Shown here piece after piece: positions 30,651 through 42,544 of a stretch of 64,000 bases of DNA (positions are counted from its first letter, which is position 1; each line of letters opens with the position of its first letter). The notes beneath the pieces were generated by a model. That model had not been told where the DNA came from. It did not search any database and worked only from the letters and a program-made list of their open reading frames with translations. The DNA lies in assembly GCA_964016885.1 (NCBI GenBank), contig OZ024745.1, positions 109,492,001 to 109,556,000 of the forward strand, written 5' to 3'. The stretch is from Eledone cirrhosa. Lineage: Eukaryota. The translations under genes and the position numbers were made by a program.

Positions 30651-31210
30651 GATTATTAGGATCGTATGTGTCACATAACAAAGGCCTTTATTTAAAATTA
30701 TGTTGAAAGATTTAAATTTAAATAGATGCCCTTTAAAATGTATGGTTTTTGTTTCATAAAACCAGAGCTGCTTTTGGCCAAGTTAGTATAAAAAATGTTA
30801 ATATTTGCCTAGAAGATATTTCCAATCTGGCCCACATCACCAAAAAGTGTTGACACCTACATTAAGGTGTGCTATTCCTGGAATTGTATATCAATGGAAA
30901 TACTATCTTTATAATGAATACATGATTTAAGCTCTAGATCTCTTGTGGTATGGTTCCCCAGGAGATTTAATTGTTGTACTAAGCAGGTAGGAAGGTTGTG
31001 TGGAATCTCCTTTGCTAACTAGTCTGTATTGATCTTGTCTGTGTGTGATAGATAGATAGATAGAGGGAGGGAGAGAGGGAGAGGGAGAGAGGTAGAGAGA
31101 TAGATAAGATAGATAGAGAGAGACAGAGTGAGAAAGACAGAGATAGATAGATATAGATAGATAGGTAGGTATATATATATAGACAACCAGAGAGATAGAT
31201 AAATAGATAC

Positions 31211-32153
31211 ATTTCTTTATTAGCCACAAGGGCACAAAAGAAGGGGACAAATACAAATGGGGAGTTTACATACAGGTATATGAAAATAAAACTATTAATA
31301 CAATAACAAATAACAATTGAAATCCCAATAGGGGGGAGGTGTTACACAGGGGTTGTACACACCCCCAAAAAAATGTACAACCCTCATCTCCAGGAGCACC
31401 AAGAGTGAGTACTGCCTTCCTCTCTTCCTCTTTTTCCTCAACCTACAGGCTTATATAGAGAGAAGGCCCAATCACTCGGGCCATCTTTGCCACATTCACC
31501 CACCTTTCGTAAAATTTGCTGGGGTACAGCACCTCTCTCTCCATCCTGATTCTTCTTCCAAAATTATATTTGAAAAAACGAATCAGTTGCTCGCCGGAGA
31601 GAAAGGTGTCTGACCTCAGCTCTTTTAACCTCGTCCACCATATAACCTCTTTCACCATAGCCATAACACATAGGGAAACCGCCTCTCCCTCGTTTTTGAA
31701 GGAGGGTGGTGGTTTGATCATGACAATGGACTCGGTGGTCAACTGGATTGGTCCCACCCGTGACAATAGTCGTTCTACATAGCCCCACAGGTCGGTAACG
31801 CCCGGGCAGTGTACAAATGCGTGTGCAATGGTTTCCTCGTCGTGCACGCATCTCGGACAGATCTTTTTCGAAGGATCCCTACCCGGGCGCCCGTGTCTGT
31901 AGAGCTTGTCTTGAACTGGTAGAGCTCCTCGGTAGCACTGCCAGGCCAGGGACTTTTGGAAGTTGTCCATTGGTCCCGGGCGGAAGGTCCTACTGAACAG
32001 ACTGGCCAGTTCATCCTCCTCTATGCCTAGAGTTTCTCTGAGAGTGTCGTCGCACTTGCTGCGGACCAACCCTCTATAGAATGTTGAAGTGGAGTTTCCA
32101 CTGATCGCCGGGTCCGTTTGCCAGAGGACTGTGAGCGCCTGAGCACATTCGAG
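31211..32153 (-). mobile_element. 5'-truncated Tx1/L1-clade LINE (ORF2 C-terminal zinc-binding domain plus 3'UTR)
   Basis: Stop-free frame 32153-31443 with WQCYRGALPVQDKL...CPRCVHDEETIAHAFVHC...LW (zf-RVT-type CCHC); 3'UTR ends CCCTTGTGGCTAATAAAGAAA; flanked by (GATA)n. Confidence 0.88.
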
Positions 32154-33717
32154 ATAAATAGATAAATAGGTAGATACATAAATAGATAGATAGATAAATA
32201 GATAAATAGATAAATAGATAAATAGGTAGATAGATAAATAGATAAATAGGTAGATAGATAGATAAATAGATAAATAGATAGATAGATAAATAGATAAATA
32301 GATAGATAGTTAAATAGTTAGATAGACTGGCATATAAAGAGAAATATAGATAGGCACATATATAAATAGATAGATGCAGAAGATACTGGTAGTTTGGATA
32401 CAACATAGCTAAACTGTGAAATATAGCAAACACAAAAAGACCAAAAAAAAAATACCAAATGATGATGATGATGGTGATGATGATAATGCTGATAATGATG
32501 ATGATGATGATGATGATGATAATAATAAATAGACTATATTTTGATACAAATACAATGCTGTATGAGACAGACATGCTAGATTTGTGTAAAGAAGGAGACA
32601 TACAGACAACAAAGTCTTTGTTAGAGATGTAAAAACAAAGAAGCAATAACTTTCTTTTATTAAATGTTCAGTAAAAGATGAATGTAGAGAAAGTAATATA
32701 TGTATATCTGCACATGCCAATAAACCAGAGAAATACAAGCATGTTGCCACATTTTGAACAACTTTTCTTCTTTACTGGCTGAGCCAAAACAAAAACTATT
32801 CTTTTGTTTTGTGTTCATGGTTGAAATAATTTGTCTGCAATACTGACTGCTCTTTTCTAACACTGCTTACAGATTTGATGACAGAGCAATAGCTGTCCAC
32901 TAATAAAGGTTTCATCATTGTCTACCCCATCAATCTTCTCCTCCTTCTCCTCCCCTTCTTCCTCCCACTCCACCAAATTGTCATCATCAACAACAACAGC
33001 AGGATATCTTTGTATCAATTGAATAAGAAGAAAGATAGACATTTTTCGAAGATCAACCAACAGTGTATAAGCAACAATGCAAATTTCTAAACATTTTCAA
33101 CTATCAATAATGCTGCCTTGAATTTACTATGAAATTGCACAACAATAATAATAATAATAATAATAATAATAGCGATTTCTGATTTAGGCACAAGGCCAGC
33201 AATTTAGAGAAAGAGGAAAAGCGATTAAATCATCTCCAGTGTATGACTGGTACCCTATTTTATTGATCCTGTAAATATGAAAGGCAAAGCTAACCGCTGT
33301 GGGATTTAAACTCAAGGCCAGCAATTTTAGAGGAGGGGGAAAGCTGATTAAATTGAATCCAGTTCGTTACTGGTACTTTATTTTATCTACCTTATAAGGA
33401 TAAAAGGCAAAGCTAAACTTAAGGGGCAAAGCTAAACTTAAGGAGATTTGAACTCAGAACATAAAGAGCTGTAACTCCATGCTGCAAAAACTTGACATGT
33501 AGTCATCCCAACGTGAATGATTATAATAATAGTCGATCACTCTATATAATAATTGCAAAAAGTCTGCTGTCCACTTTTTTCATTTCCAGAGGTACTTTAT
33601 CTGATTTTCTCAACTATTATTTATAATGAACAACTATTGCTATTATCATTCATACAACTATATTAGACACATTTCAAATTTTCTCTATGTTCCTTAAGTC
33701 AACCAGATATCCACAAT

Positions 33718-33720
<3 letters not shown>

Positions 33721-33750
<30 letters not shown>

Positions 33751-33962
33751 TTTACGTCTGCTTTTCCCTGCTTGCAAGGGTGGGATGGGTCTTATTCAAC
33801 ACAGCATCTCTCCACTCGTCACGGTCCTTCGTCATCTCCACCGTGAGCTTCAATGATCTGAGGTCTGTTCTCACCACCTCCGCCCATGTTTTTCGTGGTC
33901 TACCTCTACCACGTCTTCCTTCAACTGGCATTTCCTGGCACTTCTTCACCCATCGGTCATCC
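33721..33962 (-). mobile_element. RTE-clade LINE 3' end with (ATG)n tail
   Basis: DDRWVKKCQEMPVEGRRGRGRPRKTWAEVVRTDL...MTKDRDEWR; intact frame to the stop, then (ATG)n. Confidence 0.88.
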
Positions 33963-34166
33963 TCAATAATAATAATAATTGTTTCTACTTTTGGCACAAG
34001 GCCAGCAAATACCCAGTGCATTACTGGTACTTTATTTTATCGACCCCGTAAGGATGAAAGGCAAAGTTAACCTCGGCGCGATTTGAACTCAGAATGACAA
34101 GGGCCGTAACTCTATGCTGCAAAGCATGGTGTCCGACCCTCTACCGATACTGCCAATCCACCACCC

Positions 34167-34204
<38 letters not shown>

Positions 34205-34232
34205 GGTTTCCTATTTAGGCACAAGGCCAACA

Positions 34233-34390
34233 ATTATCTCGCATAATATTGAATCTATGAGATTTTGATGTTATATATTTTAAGAACAATACCTTAATAT
34301 AAGTATGAGTGGCCAGTTACAGCTGGTTTGAACAGAAAGAGGTGAGAGTGTTCTGATCGGATATGGCCAGTTTAAATGCTAAAGGGTTAA
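34233..34390. mobile_element. Partial copy of the TTAA MITE
   Basis: Matches 7078-7234 and ends TAAATGCTAAAGGG-TTAA. Confidence 0.8.
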
Positions 34391-36341
34391 AGCAGTAGAT
34401 TGGCAGTATTGCTAGAGCATCAGACACTCTGCTTCACAGTATAGAGTTACAGCCTTTTACATTCTGAGTTCAAATTCTGCCAAGGTTAGATTTGCCTTTC
34501 ATCCATACAGGGCTGATAAAATAAACTACCAGTAATGTACTAGGGTCTATCAAATCGACCTTCTCCTCCCACAAGTTTGTTGGCCTTGTGGCTAAACCAG
34601 AAACCATTATTATTATGATTATTAGGGCGGTAGATTGGCAGAATCAGTAGAGAATCAGACTTCATGCTTTGCACCATAGAGTTATGGTCCTCCACATTCT
34701 GAGTTCAAATCCCTCTGAGGTTAGCTTTGCTTTTCATCCTTACGGGGTCGATAAAATTAAGTACCCAATAATGCACTGGGGTCAATTTAATCAAAATTTA
34801 AACCCAAATTGTTAGCCTTGCACCTAAAATCAGAAACCATTATTATAAGCAGCAAATAGGGCGGTGGATTGGCAGTATCGGTAGAGCGTTGGACGCCATG
34901 CTTTCCAGCATAGTTACGTCCCTTTACGATCTGAGTTCAAATCCCGCCGAGGTTGACTTTGCCTTTCATCCTTACGGGAACGATAAAATAAAGTACCAGT
35001 AATGCACTGGGTAATTGCTGGCCTTGTGCCTTAAGTAGAAACAATTATTATAAGCAGCAAAGAGTTACGGCCCTTTATGGTCTGAGTTTATGGTCTGAGG
35101 TTAACTTTGCCTTTCATCCTTACAAGGTCGATAAAATAAAGTACCAGTAATGCACTGGGATAATTGCCGGCCTTGTGCCAAAAGTAGAAACCATTATTAT
35201 AAGCAGAAGAAGGCAGTGGATTGGCAGTATCAATAGGGCCTCAGAGAAAACTCTTTGTGGCATAGAGTTCCAGTTCTTTATATTCTAAGTTCAAATCCCA
35301 CCAATGTTGATAAAATAAAGTACCAGCTAATTATTAGTGTTGATTTAATTAACTTTCCTCTTACCATAAATGATAGGACTTGTGCCTAAAGTAGAGATAC
35401 TTATTATTTAGCAGAAGAGCAATGGATTGGTAGAATCATTAGTATCATCATCATCATTGTTTTAACATCTACTTCTCCTTCTAGCAAGGGTTGGATAGAT
35501 CTATATAGACCAAGTCAGTACTGCGGCGGGTCTACCAATCTCTCAGTGTCTAGCTTATGTACTGACTCACATTCTACCAAGTGCAAAAATGAATTTTCTC
35601 CTGTCTTTTATACAATTGAGGACCCGCCCAACCTTTTGTTTGGCAAATTTTATATGGTTGGATGCCTTTCCTATCACGAAGCACTTTGTGTATCAAATAA
35701 AATGTTTAACACCAATTATATTCTGGATCTTTACATTCTGTTTTTAAATAGATTAGAGCTGGTAGGACAAAGCTGATGGTATATTTGGACTATACTGAAG
35801 AATAGGTTTTTACTTAAAAACAAAATTAGAATTTTAATTTACGCTCTAATATAGTAGATACATAAATGTAAATATACGTTATAAAGCATAGCTTGGTGAG
35901 GCCCTTTGCTTGCAAACTAATCAAATATTATTATTATTATTGTGGGCGGTGGATTGGCAGTATCAGTGGAGGGTCGGACGCCATGCTTTCCAGCATAGTT
36001 ACGTCCTTTTACGATCTGAGTTCAAATCCCGCCGAGGTTGACTTTGCCTTTCATCCTTATGGGGTCGATAAAATAAAGTACCAGTAATACACTGGGATAA
36101 ATGCTGGTCTTGTGCCAAAAGTAGAAACAATTATTATTATTGTGGGTTGGTAGTATCGGTAGAACATCGGACACCATGCTTTGCAGCATAGAGTTATGTC
36201 CCTTTACGATCTAAGTTTAAATCCTGCCGAGTTTACCTTTGCCTTTCATCCTTACGGGGTCGATAAAATAAAGTACCAGTAATACACTGGGTAATTGCTG
36301 GCCTTGTGCCAAAAAGTAGAAACAATTATTATTATTATTAT

Positions 36342-36662
36342 GGAGGCACATGGCTTAGTGGTTAGAGCATTGGCCTTGCAATCGAAAGGTTGTGAGTTCA
36401 ATTCTCAGACCGGGTGATGTGTTGTTTCCTTGAGCAAGACACTTTATTTCACTTTGCTCCAGTTTACTCAGCTGTAGAAATGAGATGATAGGGACTGGGG
36501 TCCCTATCATTCCACTGCAAAGTGGACATGTAGGTGCCACGGAAAAAAGCACCCAGCACTCACTGTAAATGAGGTTGGTGTTAGGAAGGGCATCCAGCTG
36601 TAGAAATCAAGCCAGAATCAGTTCCCGTCCCACCCTTGCAAGCAGGGAAAAGCGGATGTAAA

Positions 36663-36690
<28 letters not shown>
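36342..36690 (+). mobile_element. CORE-type tRNA SINE family B, full length
   Basis: A box TGGCTTAGTGG, B box GAGTTCAATTCT, CORE-like CCTTGAGCAAGACACTTTATTTCAC..CAGTTTACTCAGCTGTAGAAATGAG, LINE tail and (TGA)n. Confidence 0.9.
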
Positions 36691-36693
<3 letters not shown>

Positions 36694-37487
36694 GATATAA
36701 CCCATATTTACAGGTTTATCTTCATCATCACTAAAATATATGTGGAGCTATGTAATTAATTCAATGGAAAATAATGTTAAGCATATTACATGCTACTTGT
36801 TGGTCTCTCTGTAAGTGAAAGTTCTATAGTATTTCCAGTTTTCTTCTTTGTCTTAATTATTGTGTCCATTATAACATTATATGGATTTTGTGTTTTTATT
36901 AAACTTTAATCCACCTATAACACCTCTGACTCACTCTTCCATTTCTATATAGCATTGTTTCTCCTAGTCTCAAACATAGTGTGATCTCCATGTTTTTAGC
37001 TGTTATTGCATTATATGTATGAGCTCTTTGTGTGTAATAAAAAATTATAAGGTGGTAGATTAGCAGTATTGGGAGAGCATCTGGCAACTTGCTTCGCGGC
37101 ACAGAGTTACGGCCCTTTACATTCTGAGTTCAAATCCCACCAAGATTAGCTTTGCATTTCATCCTTACGGGGTCGATAAAATATAATACCAGTAAAGCAC
37201 TGGGTTTGATCTAATCAACTTACCTTTTCACCAAAATTGCTGGCCTTGTGCCGAAATCAGAAACCATTGTTATTATTATTTTGCTGTGGATTGGCAGTAT
37301 CGGTAGAGAGTCGGACGCCATGCTTTCCAGCATAGTTACATCCCTTTACAGTCTGAGTTCAAATCCCGCCGAGGTTTACTTTGCCTTTCATCCTTACGGG
37401 GTCGATAAAATAAAGTACCAGTAATGCATTGGTTAATTGCTGGCCTTGTGCCAAAAGTAGAAACAATTATTATTTTGCTGTGCACAT

Positions 37488-37812
37488 GGAGGCACATGGC
37501 TTAGTGGTTAGAGCATTGGCCTTGCAATCTAAAGGTTGTGAGTTCAATTCTCAGACCGGGTGATGTGTTGTTTCCTTGAGCAAGACACTTTATTTCACAT
37601 TGCTCCAGTTTACTCAGCTGTAGAAATGAGATGTTAGGGACTGGGGTCCATATCATTCCACTGCAAAGTGGTCGTGGAGGTGTCACGGCAAAAAAGCACC
37701 CAGCACTCACTGTAAATGAGGTTGGTGTTAGGAAGGGCATCCAGCTGTAGAAATCAAGCCAAAATCAGTTCCCGTCCCACCCTTGCAAGCAAGGAAAAGC
37801 GGACATAAAAAA
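37488..37812 (+). mobile_element. CORE-type tRNA SINE family B, full length
   Basis: Highly similar to 36342-36665. Confidence 0.9.
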
Positions 37813-39570
37813 TGAAATGAATGAAATGTACCCTCCAATTAAGAACAGATACATTATATCCCTGTATGTCACTAGAAGTGACAACAAAAAGGGTTGGTAC
37901 CTGGAAGGGCATCTAGCTGTAAAATACTGCCCTGTTGAATATGAAGCCTGTTATGGGGGGCCTGAAAGCTAACCCCTGCTGTAGCAGAAAAAATGTCCTT
38001 AAAACATTTCTTATTGCTGTGTATCATCATCATCATCATTTATGAATTTATAAATTCTATTTTACAAAAAAAAAAAAAAATCCCTCCACCCTGTATCATC
38101 CTGTATCGTCCTGTATTGTCTTTAATATCTCCTTAATGTGAGCCCTGTGTGGCTAGGTGGTTTGGCAGTATCAGTCGAGCCTCAGACGCCATGCTTTGCA
38201 GCATAGAGTTATGGCCATTTACGTTCTGGGTTAAAATCCCATCGAGATTAACTTTGCTTTTCATCCTTACGGAGTCGATAAAATAAAGCACCAGTAATGC
38301 ACTTGGGTAATTGCTGGCCTTGTGCCAAAAGTAGAAACATTATTAGGCAGTATCGGTAGAGGGTTGGATGCCATGCTTTCTAGCATAGTTACGTCCCTTT
38401 ATAGTCTGAGTTCAAATCCCGCCAAGGTTAACTTTGCCTTTCATCCATACGGGGTCGATAAAATAAAGTACCAGTAATGTACTGGGATAATTGCTGGCCT
38501 TGTGCCTAAAGTAGAAACAATTATTAGTATTATTATTTAGCAGTGGTTTTTAAGAATCATTAGTGCATCAAACAAAATATTTAGTGACATATCTTCTGGC
38601 TCATATTTTGATTTCAAAGGGCGGTGGATTGGCAGTATCGGTAGAGGGTCGGGCGCCATGCTTTGAAGCATAGAGTTACCTCCCTTTATGATCTGAGTTC
38701 AAATCCCGCCGAGGTTAACTTTGCCTTTCATCTTTACGGGGTCGATAAAATAAAGTACCAGTAATGCACTGGGATAATTGCTGGCCTTGTGCCAAAAGTA
38801 GAAACAATTATATTTTGATTTCAAATCCCACTGAAGTCAACTTTGCTTTTGATCCTCCTGATGTCAATAAAATAATGTAGCAGACATGTGCTGGGTACAA
38901 TTTAATCGACTTTCTTCTTCCCCCAAATTGCTGACCTTAATCCTAAATTAGAAACCCTTATTATTATTATCATTATTATTATTATTAAGGGTGGTGGATT
39001 GGCAGTATCGGTAGAGGGTCGGATGCCATGCTTTCCAGCATAGTTACGTCCCTTTACGATCTGAGTTAAAATCCCGCCGAGGTTGACTTTGCCTTTCATC
39101 CTTACTGGGTCGATAAAATAAAGTATCAGCAATGCACTGGGTTATTGCTGGCCTTGTGCCTAAAGTAGAAACAATTATTATTATTATTAGCAGTATCGGT
39201 GGAGCAGTATCAGTGGACACCATGCTTCATGGCAGAGACTTATGGTCCTTTACGTTCTGAGTTCACATCCCGCTAAGGTTTAGCTTTGCCTTTCATCCTT
39301 ACGGGAGGGATTCATCGATAAAATAAAGTACCAGTAATGCACTGGAGTCAATTTAATCGACTATCCCCCCTCCCCAAAATTGCTGACCTTAATCCTAAAT
39401 TAGAAACCCTTATTATTAATATTATTATTATTATTATTATTTTTTTTTTTTTTCTTTGTTATTTTATTACATCCTCTGTTTTTTTTACATGCAGAAATGC
39501 CCATTTGTCCTGTACTGTCCTTAATGTCTACTTTATGTAAACCCTTGTGGTTAATAAAGAAAACATTATT

Positions 39571-39601
<31 letters not shown>

Positions 39602-39894
39602 TTATTATTATTATTATTAATTTCATTTACTCTGTCTTTCAAATACACTCAACTGGTAAACAACCCCATCCCCCAAACCCACTCTTGCCGAAATTCTCAT
39701 ACTGTACACAGTGAGCGGTGCAGCCAGTAGTCGGTCGTCGTGCAACATAGTTGGCAGCAGAGAAAGAAGGACACATTATTGTGTCTAGTCACACTAGCAG
39801 AGGGAGACACTGTGACTGTATTGAAGTTGTAAATATTGGAGGATGAGAGAAAGTGGGACAAGTTCATTGATTATTTCTTCTGGTGCTGGAAATT

Positions 39895-40340
39895 GGTGAT
39901 GGTGTCAGGGATAGGGTTGGGGATAGTAGTGGTGGTGATGGTGGTGGTGGGGTGCTGCTGGTGGTGGTGATGGTGGTGGTAGTGGTGGTAGTGGAAGTGG
40001 TAGTAGTGGTGGTGGTGGTGGTGGTGGTGGGGTGCTGCTGCTGGTGGTGGTGATGGTGGTGATGGTGGTGGTGGTAGTGGAGGTAGTAGTGGTGGTGGTG
40101 GTAGTAGTGGAGATAGTAGTGATGGTGGTGGTGGTGGTGGGGTGCTGCTGCTGATGGTGCTGCTGATGGTTGTGGTGATGGTAGTAGTGGTGGTCATGAT
40201 GGTGGTGGTGATGGTGGTGGTGGTGGTGGTAGTTGTGGTGGTAGTTAGTAGTGGTGGTGGTAGAAGTGGTGGTGGTGGTGGTGGTAGAAATGGTGGTGGT
40301 AGTAGTGGTGATAGTAGTAGTAGTAGTAGTAGTAGTAGTG
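39895..40340. repeat. (GGT/AGT/GCT)n low-complexity tract
   Basis: Directly visible. Confidence 0.9.
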
Positions 40341-40634
40341 TTAGAGGTACGGGTGTTGGTGTTGGTGTTGTAGCTGCTTCAGAAGCTTTGGAAATGGCAT
40401 CAGAACTTCTGTGAGTGAAATGAATAGAAGAGGAGAAGGAGTACGTTTGTGAGACAAAAGCAGGGTGGGGTGACGCTGGTCGAAGACCAAATTAACACAC
40501 AAATGCATAAAAGAAAAAAAGATAACAATAACAAAAAAAACAAAAACAAACAAAGAAAGTAGGAAGTGAAGACAAAGATAAAATATGAATTGGTAGGTAG
40601 GGAGGTAGGTAAGCAAGCAATTATGCATAGATCT

Positions 40635-40920
40635 CTACATACATACATACATACACTTGTGTATGTATGTATATATATATGTATATATTATATATATATA
40701 TATATAACATATATATATGACATATATGTATATGATATATATATATATATGTGTATATATATATATATATATATGTCATATATATATATAGATCATCATA
40801 TATATGTATATATATATATATATATATATAGATGAAGTAATTCCGTCGGAAAGTTCCAGGAAAAAAGAGTGCTCTATGTAGGTTACAGAGCTTACATAAC
40901 TATATATATATATATATATG

Positions 40921-40959
<39 letters not shown>

Positions 40960-41024
40960 ATATATATATATAGATCATCATATACATATATATATATATA
41001 TATATGTCATATATATATATAGAT

Positions 41025-41071
<47 letters not shown>

Positions 41072-41305
41072 TATATATATATATATATATCATCATCATC
41101 ATCATCATCATCATCGTTTAACGTCCATCTTCCACGCTTGCATGGGTTTGGACGGGAGTTTTCCCACTTGAGGCAAGATTTGTTGTCCTGCTTGTATAGG
41201 ACTGTCTGGCGGGTTTTCTATGGCTGGATGCCCTTCCTAACACCAACCACATTTACATATATATATATATATATATGCTATATGATTATATATATATGAT
41301 ATATG

Positions 41306-41338
<33 letters not shown>

Positions 41339-41365
41339 TATATGATTATATATATATGATATATG

Positions 41366-41407
<42 letters not shown>

Positions 41408-42500
41408 TATATATGTATATATATATATATGTATGTATGTGTATATGTATATCTCATTCACTATATAAATATATATATATATGTATATATGTGTATATGT
41501 ATATCTCATTCACTATATAAATATATATATATATATATGTACGGATATATGTATATGTATGTATGTACTCCCTCCCTCTCATTCACTATATAAATATATG
41601 TATGTATGTATCTGTATGTGTACATGAGTGTATATGTATATATATGTGTTTGTCATTGTCTGCAAATACATATACACACAACAGAAAATATAGACATTAT
41701 ATTAGTCACATATGTATATATATGCATATATATATATTAATTAATATATTTACATTCATAAAACTAGGTAATTAATTTCAGAAGAAATTCAATTAAACTT
41801 TGTATTAGTAAATTCACACACACATACACACATACACCTATACATACATACATACACACTTTTATCTACTCATACATACACCTACACCTATACATACCTA
41901 CATACATACACACTTTTATCTACACATACATGCACCTACACCTATACATACATAGATACAAACACACCTTTATCTACACACACACATACACACATACACC
42001 TATACATACATACATACACACTTTTATCTACACATACATACACCTACACCTATACATACATAGATACAAACACACCTTTATCTACACACACAAAAACACA
42101 TACATACATACACCTATACATACATACATATATACACACCTTTATCTACACATACATACACACCTATACATACATACATACATACATACATACACACATT
42201 TATCTACACATACACACATGCCTATACATACATACACACATTCATACACACCTGTATCTACACATACATACACACCTTTATCTACACATACATATATACA
42301 CATGCACATGATTCACGTTAACAAATACATTCACAAAATACACACACACATACAAGAACATATGCACATGCACACACACAGACACTCACACACACACTCA
42401 GACACACACACACATACACACACACTCACATACTCTCTCACACACACACACACACACACACATACACACACTCACATACTCTCTCACACACATTACAGAC
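40635..42500. repeat. (TA)n, (TACA)n and (CA)n microsatellite block
   Basis: Directly visible; recurrent ACACCTTTATCTACACA cassette at 41850-42290. Confidence 0.93.
41090..41256 (-). mobile_element. Retroposon 3' part (family of 1192-1792)
   Basis: Reverse complement aligns to about 1622-1790. Confidence 0.85.
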
Positions 42501-42544
42501 ACATCCAGTCTTAGCAATCATAGATAATCAAACATTGATACGAT

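Larger units (their letters stand above)
33145..39440. mobile_element. Dense cluster of about 20 SINE family A copies or fragments plus 2 family B copies
   Basis: Minus copies at about 33170, 33315 and 33975; plus copies starting about 34393, 34625, 34859, 35062, 35212, 35944, 36143, 37050, 37285, 38153, 38345, 38618, 38988 and 39190. Confidence 0.9.

Noticed and set aside
33752-34021. 89-aa ORF as a gene
   Set aside because: Chimera of a SINE tail, (ATT)n and an RTE ORF2 end.
36342-36415. tRNA gene
   Set aside because: The tRNA-like head continues into a CORE domain and LINE tail in three copies, so it is a SINE.
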